From positions 32,022 to 96,021 of the IMG/VR virus record IMGVR_UViG_3300033508_000214: a DNA stretch of 64,000 bases, one strand, 5' to 3'. Shown here piece by piece: positions 9,919 through 19,075 of the stretch. Under the pieces are notes generated by a model, which was not told the DNA's origin, ran no database searches, and was given only the letters and a program-made list of their open reading frames with translations. A program made the position numbers and the translations under genes. How positions within the stretch are numbered: position 1 is the first letter of the stretch; each line of letters starts with the position of its first letter. The DNA is from a virus.

Positions 9919-10072
9919 TATTTATGTGATAATGTTTAGACCACCTTTCTCGGATAAGTATTATTCGACTAAAGCATTTAATACCTTAGAAGATGCGGAT
10001 ATTTATATATTTGAAAATTCGGAGCTTAACCCGGATGCTTATTATGTTGCAGTAATAACTGTTAATTAAAAT

Positions 10073-10253
10073 AACCCGGTCAGATATAATATCTGACCGG
10101 GTTATTTTTTGGATCTTAACCTTACACCAAACTGACAGGCCTGGATGCTATGATTTTCATAGCGCTAAATTTTACCATAAAATCAAGGCAAAAAATTAGA
10201 TGTTGCACCCTAATTTTCGCTAAAAACCTGGAGTATAATTACCGCATGGCAGG
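10073..10253 (+). promoter_or_regulatory. Repeated terminator plus regulatory module, copy 2
   Basis: ACCCGGTCAGATAT-ATCTGACCGGGT hairpin, T-run, CCTTACACCAAACTGAC, then the module. Confidence 0.8.
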
Positions 10254-10380
10254 GAAACACTGTCAGGGTTAACTGTAGGTGATAATTTTATATACTATTA
10301 ACTTTATTTTATGAGATACTACATTATGCTATACATTGATGGGGTTTATTTTTGGTTATATGATAAGGAGGTTAATTAAT

Positions 10381-10845
10381 ATGAAAAGAATTGCAATATA
10401 TGATATGGACGGTACTATTGTTTGCAGTTTGCACCGATATAAAACAATAGATGGTAAAATAGACTTGCAATATTGGCGGGATAATGAATATAGGGCAATG
10501 GACGATTCATTATTGCCATTATCTGCACAATATAAAAAGGATTTAGCAGATAATGATTGTTTTGTTATTATAGCAACTGCTAGAATACTGCGGGAACCTG
10601 ATTTGTGTTTTATTAATACTATTCTCGGTAAACCAGATTATATTATATCTCGCAAAGAAAATGATTCTCGATCTGGTGCATTATTGAAAGTTTTAGGTTT
10701 AAATAAGCTATTTAGTCTAAAACAATTTAGTAAAATCAAATCAGATATGATAGTATTTTACGAGGATAATATATCTTATCTCAAAGCCGTTTGTGATAAG
10801 TTTAATTGTACAGGTATTTATATTCCAAGCAAACAAGGACATTAA
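10381..10845 (+). CDS. HAD-family phosphatase (PNKP phosphatase-like)
   Basis: IYDMDGT motif I, IATAR motif II, K, FYEDN motif IV. Confidence 0.8.
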   Translation: MKRIAIYDMDGTIVCSLHRYKTIDGKIDLQYWRDNEYRAMDDSLLPLSAQYKKDLADNDCFVIIATARILREPDLCFINTILGKPDYIISRKENDSRSGALLKVLGLNKLFSLKQFSKIKSDMIVFYEDNISYLKAVCDKFNCTGIYIPSKQGH

Positions 10846-10923
10846 TTATATTAGTTTGTAGATTCTAATTAAAAATCTACTTGTTTACTCAGACAATACT
10901 CTGAATTACTTTTGAAAGTTATT

Positions 10924-11622
10924 ATGGCTAAAAAACAATACTTTGCTATTATTGATACTGAAACAACTATTAATGATACTGTTGCTGACTGCGCGATTAT
11001 TATTTGTGACCGTGAAGGGGTTATCTTTAATCAAATGGCCGTATTAATTAAAGATCATTTTGACACTAAAGAATTATTTTATGATATTACAGCTAAAGGG
11101 TTATGGTCATTAGAATATGCAAAAGAAAAACGTATTAAGTATAATGAGATGCTTAATGCTGGTTTCCGCAGTATGGCATCCGTTAATGCTATTAATAAAT
11201 GGATAAACCAAGCGATTGGTAAATATAATCCAATACTAACAGCATATAATCTGCCATTTGATGCAAATAAATGTGATAATACTGGAATTGACTTAACTGG
11301 ATTTGCAGATAGATTTGATTTGTGGGCGGCTTCAGTTGGCAATATCTGTAATAGAAAATTATATAAGCAGTTTTGTGTTGAGAATCATTTATTTAATAAT
11401 CGCACAGATTATGGTAATATGACATTCAAAACGTCGGCTGAAACAGTTACGGGTTATTTAAATAATAATATGACCGACGAGCCACATACTGCGCTGGAAG
11501 ATATTATCGGATACGAGTTACCTATTTTGAAACACATTCTAAGGATTAAAAAATGGCGTGATAATATCAAGCCTTATGATTGGCGCGTGCATCAGGTTAA
11601 GGATAACTATATTGCAAAATAA
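10924..11622 (+). CDS. DEDDh 3'-5' exonuclease
   Basis: IDTETT, AYNLPFD, HTALED. Confidence 0.85.
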   Translation: MAKKQYFAIIDTETTINDTVADCAIIICDREGVIFNQMAVLIKDHFDTKELFYDITAKGLWSLEYAKEKRIKYNEMLNAGFRSMASVNAINKWINQAIGKYNPILTAYNLPFDANKCDNTGIDLTGFADRFDLWAASVGNICNRKLYKQFCVENHLFNNRTDYGNMTFKTSAETVTGYLNNNMTDEPHTALEDIIGYELPILKHILRIKKWRDNIKPYDWRVHQVKDNYIAK

Positions 11623-11627
11623 TTAGA

Positions 11628-11820
11628 AAACCCTGCCAGATACTATATCTGGCAGGGTTTTCTTTTGGATCTTAACCTTACACCAAACTGACAGGCCTGG
11701 GTTGGGCCAGGATGCTATGATTTTCATAGCGCCAAATTTTACCATAAAATCAAGGCAAAAAATTAGATGTTGCAGTCTAATTTTCACTAAAAACCTGGAG
11801 TATAATTACCGCATGGCAGG
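11628..11820 (+). promoter_or_regulatory. Repeated terminator plus regulatory module, copy 3
   Basis: CCCTGCCAGATA..TATCTGGCAGGG hairpin, T-run, CCTTACACCAAACTGAC, then the module. Confidence 0.8.
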
Positions 11821-12064
11821 AAAACAGGGTGCTGGCAGGTGAAAAAGAATTTAAGGCAACAAAAAATAAACTTGCAAAGATCGTAAAAACCATGTTATAC
11901 TGTAGGCTTGAAAGGGAAAAGCGGGAAACAGGCAAAAACGCAAAGCGCGCTGCAAAAATAAATTTTGCAAAATGCGAAAATAAGCGCAAAACACTGTTAC
12001 AATGTAGGCTAGACTGTAGCGAAACAGGACAAAATCGCAAATCTTTAATTTTTTAGGATTATAT

Positions 12065-12409
12065 ATGGCTACCGAAAAAACCGTTAATTATACTAATGAG
12101 CAAACTGCTATGGTAATTGAACAGTATCTTGAAAATCCAACAACGGATACTGTTGCGAAACTCGCAGAAACTCTTGGAAAAACAGTTCGTAGCATTACTA
12201 TGAAACTGGTTCGTGAAAAAGTATATGTTAAAAAAGAATATACTACTAAAACTGGTGGCAAAGTAGTAAAAAAGGATAGTCTGATTGACAAACTATCCGA
12301 GTTTGTCGAATTTACGGAAAATGAGCAAACTAGTTTTGAACACGTTAATAAGACAGCATTAGTTAAACTTATTAATAAGCTCCAAGGATATTTGCCAGTT
12401 ACTGAATAA
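12065..12409 (+). CDS. T5 A2-like DNA-binding protein (paralog 1)
   Basis: YT.EQT..LA..LGKTVRSITMKL...VY..K..; similar to 15663 and 17500 and to remembered T5 A2. Confidence 0.7.
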   Translation: MATEKTVNYTNEQTAMVIEQYLENPTTDTVAKLAETLGKTVRSITMKLVREKVYVKKEYTTKTGGKVVKKDSLIDKLSEFVEFTENEQTSFEHVNKTALVKLINKLQGYLPVTE

Positions 12410-12508
12410 GTAATTAATAACCCTGCGGGGTTATTAATAAAGGGTTTAACCCTTTATTAATAATCGTCGATTATTAACCTGGTGTAACTTAACTTTTTAG
12501 GATATTAT

Positions 12509-12805
12509 ATGGCTTCCAATACCAAACTTTTCCCGGAACAAAAACAATACGTTAAACAATGGTGCAAAGATAATGATACAGCTGAATTTTTTGATAATGA
12601 AAAAATCACGATTTTGGCAAAGCCTGATTTTAAAGGGTCAAGAATGTTTGTGGTTTCTATTTCCACAATGGCACCTAATGAAAAGAAGTTTAGGTCATCG
12701 GTGGGTAGGTATTATGCCATTAGTAATATGGAAAATGGGCAGTATGTATTGATGGATTATAATACTATGTGGAGTTTTTTGGAAGCTAATGATTGTGTTT
12801 GTTAA
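12509..12805 (+). CDS. Hypothetical protein
   Basis: AGGA SD; cassette organisation. Confidence 0.6.
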   Translation: MASNTKLFPEQKQYVKQWCKDNDTAEFFDNEKITILAKPDFKGSRMFVVSISTMAPNEKKFRSSVGRYYAISNMENGQYVLMDYNTMWSFLEANDCVC

Positions 12806-12889
12806 TACTAATTAGTATTAATAACCCCTTTCGGGGGTTATTAATAAGGGCTGAACCCTTATTAACAATCTTTTTAACTAGGAGTATAT

Positions 12890-13048
12890 ATGAATCTCGC
12901 AGAAATTAATGCTTTTCGGGTTTCTCACGGTTTGGCGGCAATTGAAGTTAATAAACCTAAAAAGAAAAACAATAATAAGGCACTGCGTGCGCAGGAAAAC
13001 AGGGATATTAAGTCAATGCGTACTGGTGGAAAAAAGGTAAGTAAATGA
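12890..13048 (+). CDS. Small basic protein (52 aa)
   Basis: AGGAGTATATATG start; MNLAEINAFRVSHGL.. Confidence 0.55.
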   Translation: MNLAEINAFRVSHGLAAIEVNKPKKKNNNKALRAQENRDIKSMRTGGKKVSK

Positions 13049-13177
13049 AAATCTGGCAAGTTTTCTATACTAACGGGTCTAATATGATTATATTGTCTCC
13101 TAATCGGAGACATATATGGAACAAGTATGTTTGTGTCGCTAAAATATATGAGATAGTTATTTATTAAGGAGTTAATT

Positions 13178-13420
13178 ATGTTGGCTGGTCTGGTTATTTT
13201 GGAAGATATTACTATTTGTTATTCTCAAAATGAGGATAATACTATTTCCTATAAGATCACGAATACTTATTCTGGCGAATCTGAGGATATTATAGGTATT
13301 TCTTCTGTGAAGTTTTTCAAGGCATTATCTATTGCCGTACATAATGACGGCACCCCGGATTATGAGGAGGATTATCCTGATGCCGAGGATATAATGCTTG
13401 ATATTCGCTGGATTCCTTAA
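13178..13420 (+). CDS. Acidic hypothetical protein
   Basis: TAAGGAG SD. Confidence 0.6.
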   Translation: MLAGLVILEDITICYSQNEDNTISYKITNTYSGESEDIIGISSVKFFKALSIAVHNDGTPDYEEDYPDAEDIMLDIRWIP

Positions 13421-13426
13421 TTTAAG

Positions 13427-13495
13427 AAACCCGGTCAGATATTATCTGACCGGGTTTCTTTTGGATCTCAACCTTACACCAAACTGACGGACCTG
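13427..13495 (+). terminator. Repeated intrinsic terminator
   Basis: GAAACCCGGTCAGATATTATCTGACCGGGTTTCTTTT, identical to 14293. Confidence 0.85.
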
Positions 13496-13805
13496 GTGGC
13501 CCTGGCCGTGCTATCATTTTGATAGCATGGTGCGCCGATTTTAGCTTACAATACTTACAACACCCTTACAAAAATAAATATATATTTTCGTTGTTTTTCG
13601 GTGTTTGTCAGTCTTATGTAAGTTTTGTTGTGTATCATTAGGTGTGGGCGCCGATTTTTGCTATAGATTTTGTAGCTAAAAATATATTTCAAATTAGGTT
13701 CAAGACTCTAATTTTTGGCTGTAAACCTGGTGTATAATTACCGCATGGCAGGAAGTTAGACTGCTATCATTGACCAGATTGTTTCTATTATCTAAGGATT
13801 ATATT

Positions 13806-14009
13806 ATGCGCACCATTACTATTGAAGTTACTTATTCTGCTGAGTATCTTATTACGGATGCAGAATTTGACTTGGTACATTATCTGTATAACCTGTCAGA
13901 ACCTAAAAAGGTTACCGCAGTTAAGTTTATTAAAAATCAACATAATCTGTCACTGAAAATCGCAAAGGATATTTGCGATAAGATCGGACATAATCCGATT
14001 CAATACTAA
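13806..14009 (+). CDS. Ribosomal protein bL12 C-terminal-domain-like protein
   Basis: KKVTAVKFIKNQHNLSLKIAKDICD resembles the bL12 CTD pattern K+.+IK.+R...GL.LKEAKD+V. Confidence 0.55.
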   Translation: MRTITIEVTYSAEYLITDAEFDLVHYLYNLSEPKKVTAVKFIKNQHNLSLKIAKDICDKIGHNPIQY

Positions 14010-14100
14010 AATAACCTGCCAGATAATATCTGGCAGGTTATAAATATAATAGTATCGAACTAGTTACTATTATATTTATTGGTAACTAAGGAGTTATATA

Positions 14101-14289
14101 ATGGCTGGTATGATTTTCACTTATGAATCTCGCAAAAATGGTTGGCTTATTGAAATTGAGGGAAAAACAATTAAACTATGGTTATCTGATGGATTTTCTA
14201 ATTTTACAGGAGATTTTGATGAATTAAATGAGGCTTATCCAGAAGTTATTGCCGAACTAATTGAAAAGAAAATTATTACTAAAAAATAA
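14101..14289 (+). CDS. Hypothetical protein
   Basis: TAAGGAG SD. Confidence 0.6.
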   Translation: MAGMIFTYESRKNGWLIEIEGKTIKLWLSDGFSNFTGDFDELNEAYPEVIAELIEKKIITKK

Positions 14290-14292
14290 AAG

Positions 14293-14362
14293 AAACCCGG
14301 TCAGATATTATCTGACCGGGTTTCTTTTGGATCTCAACCTTACACCAAACTGACGGACCTGG
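14293..14362 (+). terminator. Repeated intrinsic terminator
   Basis: Same hairpin and tail as 13427. Confidence 0.85.
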
Positions 14363-14829
14363 TGGCGGCTACCCTGGCTTACACCAAACTGACAACGCTA
14401 TGATTTTCATAGCGCCGATTTTTGCTCGCCCTTTCACAACCTCATTATACTCTTTTCTGACCCTAGGAGTAGCAAATCGCAAAATATATTTTTTTCGTTG
14501 TTTTTTCGCACTCACAAATTGATAGCTGTTGTTTTTTCGCACTCACAAATTGATAGCGCTATCATTCTGGTAGCTTGCTATGATTTTTGTAGCATTCCCC
14601 CTTCGTGGCGCCACAGTGGCCTTGTCAACAGTGAAAAACTGATTGTGTTTCTGCGCCACAGTGGCCGCTCGACTGCGCCATTCTACTACAGTGCCCGGTC
14701 GATTGTCAAGCCCAGATTTCCGCGCTTCGGGTCAGGAAATCCATAAATTTAAAAAATTTTGTGTTGCAAAAATTTGCACTTGTAATTTATTTACAATTAT
14801 TGTATAATATAGTAAATTAGGAGAAAAAT

Positions 14830-15495
14830 ATGACTTGTGGAATTTACTTACTTACATTTGGGGAAAATTTATACTATGTTGGTCAGTCTATAGATATAGA
14901 AAGAAGATATGAAGAGCATTTATTAAATATTAAAAAAGGCTCTGCTAGTACAAAAATGCAAGATGCGTATAGTGCTTTTGGACTACCAAAACATTCTATT
15001 CTAAAAGTATGTAATAGTTATGAGCTGGATGAATATGAAAAATTTTATATAATTCAATTTAATTCATACTATAAAGGTTTAAACTATAATAGTGGGGGAG
15101 CTGGAGTAAAATATGGTGTATTTGAAGAAAGTATGTTTTATACTTTAAAAGGAATACTTAAAGCTTATTGTATAAATAAAGTTTCGGTAGATAGACTAGC
15201 GTCGTATCTAAATACTAGTCCATCAATAGTAATTGATTTATTAGCTGGTAATAAATATACAATGATTAGAGATGTATTTCCAGAATTGTATGATATAGCT
15301 ATTAATAAGTATAAAGATGCTAATAAAATTATTAATACGTACCCTACAATAGTTAATGATAAAGGTGAAGAAGTAACTATACCTTACCGTGGGGCATCTA
15401 AGTTTGCTAAAGAAAATAACTTAAATCCTGCAAATTTGTCTAAACTGCTGAAGGGTTCCGCCCATCGTTGTGGCACGTGGAAAAGAGCATATTAG
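14830..15495 (+). CDS. GIY-YIG (Seg-like) homing endonuclease
   Basis: GIY..YVGQS..R..H..E..N; own promoter TTGTAA-N17-TATAAT at about 14780-14808. Confidence 0.85.
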   Translation: MTCGIYLLTFGENLYYVGQSIDIERRYEEHLLNIKKGSASTKMQDAYSAFGLPKHSILKVCNSYELDEYEKFYIIQFNSYYKGLNYNSGGAGVKYGVFEESMFYTLKGILKAYCINKVSVDRLASYLNTSPSIVIDLLAGNKYTMIRDVFPELYDIAINKYKDANKIINTYPTIVNDKGEEVTIPYRGASKFAKENNLNPANLSKLLKGSAHRCGTWKRAY

Positions 15496-15662
15496 GATCA
15501 GATAAACAGTGTTGAACTCGTTACCTAAATAGCTTATAATTGATATATCAGAAAATAAATGTATACCAACATACATTGAACTTTCGCAAATGAAAATTTG
15601 ATCTTGCGCGTTAGCTAAAAACGCTTTATAATTTATACATAAACCAACGAAAAGGAACTGTT

Positions 15663-15977
15663 ATGACTACTGAAAAATCTGTTGTGTCTTACACTGCTGA
15701 ACAAACTGCTACTGCTATTGCGGATTACGCAGCAGGTGATACCATTGAAGCTATTGCGGATACCTTGGGCAAGACTGTCAAGTCTGTAATTGCTAAGCTG
15801 GCTAAGGAGGGTGTGTACAAAACTCCTGTTAAGGCTAAAACGACCCGAGTTACTAAAGCTATGCTGATTTCTGCTATTGCTGTTAAGTTCCGTGTAGAAG
15901 GTGAAGCTCTTGCCTCCCTGGAAAAAGCTGATAAGGCAACTCTGGAAATCTTGGCAGGTACGGAAATTTCGGCTTGA
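15663..15977 (+). CDS. T5 A2-like DNA-binding protein (paralog 2)
   Basis: LGKTVKSVIAKLAKEGVYK..LASLEKADKATL. Confidence 0.7.
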   Translation: MTTEKSVVSYTAEQTATAIADYAAGDTIEAIADTLGKTVKSVIAKLAKEGVYKTPVKAKTTRVTKAMLISAIAVKFRVEGEALASLEKADKATLEILAGTEISA

Positions 15978-16002
15978 CCCTAAGTTCAGCGTATGTTATA
16001 AT
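15974..16002 (+). promoter_or_regulatory. Sigma70-type promoter upstream of the hammerhead RNA
   Basis: TTGACC-N17-TATAAT. Confidence 0.75.
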
Positions 16003-16006
16003 TATT

Positions 16007-16157
16007 GTATGTTAAGGGAACTCTCTGATGAGTCTGACCCTAGGTTTAGCGAGTGCTATTCCTGAATACAGACGAAACCCTAGACCATCAATCGTATGTT
16101 GCTGAAACATTCTCAGCCTTCACCATACGCTCAACCTAGGGTAAGAGCTTGCATACG
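16007..16157 (+). ncRNA. Type I hammerhead ribozyme
   Basis: CTGATGA 16025-16031; stem II GTCTG/CAGAC; GAAA 16074-16077; stem III ACCCTAG/CTAGGGT; GUA cleavage triplet 16141-16143; stem I CTCT/AGAG extended by GTATG/CATAC. Confidence 0.85.
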
Positions 16158-16486
16158 TGTAAGACTAGCCATCTAGTAAGGCTATAAACTAGAAAGTCGT
16201 TGCTCCTGACTATAAATTCGGGCCGCCAGATTAGGGCGTTGTACTAGAATCCCTGAGGCTAAACAGGTAGAAACGTAGCAACCTCTGCTAGAGGGTTTCT
16301 AGTGCACAAAGAAGTGTTTAAAATACAGCTATAATTTAATACGAGTGGTAAATTAGTCCACACTAAGAATGCTTTGTTAAAAGTAAATGAGAGTAATAAT
16401 TCGTAATCTCTCTAGCGTCTAATAAAAACTTATAGACAATCTTTCTGGTTTGGTCGACTAGAAAGGCTCTCATAGACCATAAGTTC

Positions 16487-16525
16487 AAAAGCCCTGTAAC
16501 ATTGCTGTTACAGGGCTTTTGTTTT
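16487..16525. terminator. Bidirectional intrinsic terminator
   Basis: AAAAGCCCTGTAACA-N-TGTTACAGGGCTTTT. Confidence 0.85.
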
Positions 16526-16907
16526 ACTGCTTATACTCTAATAAGGAATTTGTATAGTCAGTATAATTTTTACTAGCTATACTATTATTATTTATTAGTT
16601 TCTTAAATTTAAGCCCTGGAATACCTAAAGTATTAATTAATTTGAAGTCTTTAAAGCCCCAGTCTTGTACATCCTTATCTAATAAGTAACTAGGATCTTG
16701 TTTAACAACTAAAGAATTAAAATAAGACTTAAAGGATCCGGTTTTTGGTTTATTAGGAAACCAAGTTTTCAAATCTTTTTTAAATTGTGCGGAAGATTTT
16801 ACAAATAGCTCTTCTATATCTTCGATTGGCTCGTTCATTAATAGGTTTAATAAATAATCAGAATTATATAGCTCTGGAATATTAAAATTTGTAGGGTCAA
16901 TTTTCAT
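16524..16907 (-). CDS. Hypothetical protein
   Basis: 127-aa ORF with upstream minus-strand promoter. Confidence 0.55.
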   Translation of the reverse strand: MKIDPTNFNIPELYNSDYLLNLLMNEPIEDIEELFVKSSAQFKKDLKTWFPNKPKTGSFKSYFNSLVVKQDPSYLLDKDVQDWGFKDFKLINTLGIPGLKFKKLINNNSIASKNYTDYTNSLLEYKQ

Positions 16908-16942
16908 AATAAACTTTCTGTTAAAAATTTATTTCACTAAAG

Positions 16943-17335
16943 GCGCCAAATTATACTTCAGTGATAGTGTGACTGTCAATACTATTTTTCTGACCCTAAG
17001 TGTAGCATATTGTGCAAGTCTGTATTTTAACAAAAAGTTTCGTTAAAAATTTATAGCAAAAAATTTCGTTATAAATTTTTTGTATTTTAGTGCTAGACGT
17101 GTATATTTTCGAAGCTCCACTACATTTGATAAAATTTCATCAATTCTAGAAGGATTTGCTCAAGTGTTATATGTACGCAGTAGTCTGCTACATAGGCCCT
17201 ATTTGCTAAAATATACTATAGCTAAAAAGTTTATAGTACTATCACAGTGGCGACTTTTTCGAAGCTTTTGCGCCAAATTATACTTCAGTGCTAGTGTGAC
17301 TGTCAACACTATTTTTCTGACCCTAGGTTGAGCAT
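16943..17335 (-). promoter_or_regulatory. Two direct-repeat minus-strand promoters
   Basis: ~65-bp repeat at about 16943 and 17270; reverse complement TTGACA-N18-TATAAT-TTGGCGC. Confidence 0.75.
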
Positions 17336-17418
17336 ACGTATCGATTTATGTATATTCGATCACTGGACCGCTCACTTGGTTAGTCAATGTGTCATTCAGT
17401 GGGTTAGTCAGTAACCAC

Positions 17419-17466
17419 AAACAAAAAAGCCCCTAAGCTTCAACAGCTTAGGGGCTTTTTTGTTTT
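17419..17466. terminator. Bidirectional terminator
   Basis: AAAAAAGCCCCTAAGCT..AGCTTAGGGGCTTTTTT. Confidence 0.85.
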
Positions 17467-17499
17467 CTATTCAACTTACCGTCTGTTCGTCTAGCCTGC

Positions 17500-17853
17500 T
17501 CAACTTACTGTCTGTTCGTCTAGTCTGCTCAACTTAGGTTCAAGAGCGTCTAGAATCATGATTAATACGTTTTTATTGACTTTTTCAAGGCTTTCTAGAA
17601 ATTCTAGGTCTTTTCCTAGAATTTGTGCGATTTTTTCGATATATTTGGACTTTCTAATAGGGGTGCGGCCCTGTTTAGTCACATATTCCTTGCGTTTGTA
17701 GACTCCTAAGGCTGATAACTTGGATATAATGCTGCGCTCAGGTATTTCTTCTCCGAGTTGGGCACCCAAAGTCGTAGCTATGGTTTTTGGATCCATTTTT
17801 TGGTCTACGTACATCTGCCGCGCCAATTCGGTAATTTCTTGATTGTATTTCAT
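17500..17853 (-). CDS. T5 A2-like DNA-binding protein (paralog 3)
   Basis: RSIISKLSALGVYKRK..IRKSKYIEKIA..LESLEKVNK; closest to remembered T5 A2. Confidence 0.7.
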   Translation of the reverse strand: MKYNQEITELARQMYVDQKMDPKTIATTLGAQLGEEIPERSIISKLSALGVYKRKEYVTKQGRTPIRKSKYIEKIAQILGKDLEFLESLEKVNKNVLIMILDALEPKLSRLDEQTVS

Positions 17854-17863
17854 ATTTTTATAA

Positions 17864-18034
17864 CTGTTTCTGATCCTAGGTGCAGCGATCATACAAATCG
17901 TTGCATGTGGTAATCTTTTTGCCCAATTAATTGGTGAGTCTGTTTCTGATCCTAGGTGCAGCGATCATACAAATCGTTGCATGTGGTAATCTTTTTGCCC
18001 AATTAATTGGTGAGTCTGTTTCTGATCCTAGGTG
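17864..18034. repeat. 76-bp tandem repeat x2.2
   Basis: TGATCCTAGGTG recurs at 17871, 17947 and 18023. Confidence 0.9.
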
Positions 18035-18295
18035 GGGCGTATGTCTTGATTGTAACAAATTATTACGATTAGTAGACTTTACTCAGCTTAAGGTCAGAAG
18101 TACTAGTCTAGTCCCAAGGCTTATCTGCTTCTAACTTCTTAAGTACTTTTATCTTAAAAGCGGAATCAGTTGGAAGAGACCTTAGTAATACATCTCGTAT
18201 AAATCCTAAATGCATATACTGTTTACCACTAGGATACTTCATAGACTCGAGTGCTGAAATAGTTAAGTGTAGTGCAAATTCTACGTCTTGTTGAT

Positions 18296-19075
18296 TTACC
18301 ATGTTGGGAACATTGCCTCCCCAACATCAGTAGTTTTACGACTATACTTTTCGCTACTCTTTAGTACTTCTTGTTCAATTAGAGGATCTGGCATATTATC
18401 CCAATCGTTAGGGTCTAGAATCATATTTGATGTACGCAGACTAGGGTCAGCTACCCAGATTTGTCCTAACATAGTTAGGGTCAGGCTAGGAAGACCAAAC
18501 CATTCGGTATTCTGTAGACCTGTTAATGTCCAGCTAGAAATTGGCTTTTTCATACTACCAGCAGCAGGGCCTGATTTTACAGTTAGTCCTTGTGCTCTAA
18601 GCTCTAGTGCTCTATCTTTAGTTACCTCGGGGATTTCTGCGGTTGCAGCTTCAAACAGATTATCACCAATAATAACTTCTAGTTTTTCTCTAGACCAGCT
18701 AGAATATGGGATACCTTGAGCATCTTTAAGTGCTGCAATTAGGATTGGGACTAAAGATGAATACTTGCTGAACTCTTTAGTATTCTGGGACTTAACTAGC
18801 TTAGACCTACCTAGTCTAGTAATAACTCGCCATAGACCAATATCCCACGGCTTATTATTAATATTTTCCAAGTACAAAGACTTGGACTCATACTCACCTC
18901 TAGAGTTCTTAGTAGCAGTGTATGCGCCATAATATCCATAGATTTGGGGTAGCATCCACGCATTAAAGGCTGTAAGATTATGATCTACAGCCCACTTCTC
19001 TAGTTGCGAGTCGGTTAGTCTTTCAGCCTCATGGAACGGAAAGCTTTTAATATCGTTTTTATTTAGAATAAACAT
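18296..19075 (-). CDS. Conserved-looking hypothetical phage protein (259 aa)
   Basis: Long ORF, AGGT SD; no family recognised. Confidence 0.7.
   Translation of the reverse strand: MFILNKNDIKSFPFHEAERLTDSQLEKWAVDHNLTAFNAWMLPQIYGYYGAYTATKNSRGEYESKSLYLENINNKPWDIGLWRVITRLGRSKLVKSQNTKEFSKYSSLVPILIAALKDAQGIPYSSWSREKLEVIIGDNLFEAATAEIPEVTKDRALELRAQGLTVKSGPAAGSMKKPISSWTLTGLQNTEWFGLPSLTLTMLGQIWVADPSLRTSNMILDPNDWDNMPDPLIEQEVLKSSEKYSRKTTDVGEAMFPTW

Noticed and set aside
11777-12056. ORFs 11829..12056 (+) and 11777..12040 (-)
   Set aside because: They overlap an A-rich promoter region and lack an SD; likely spurious.
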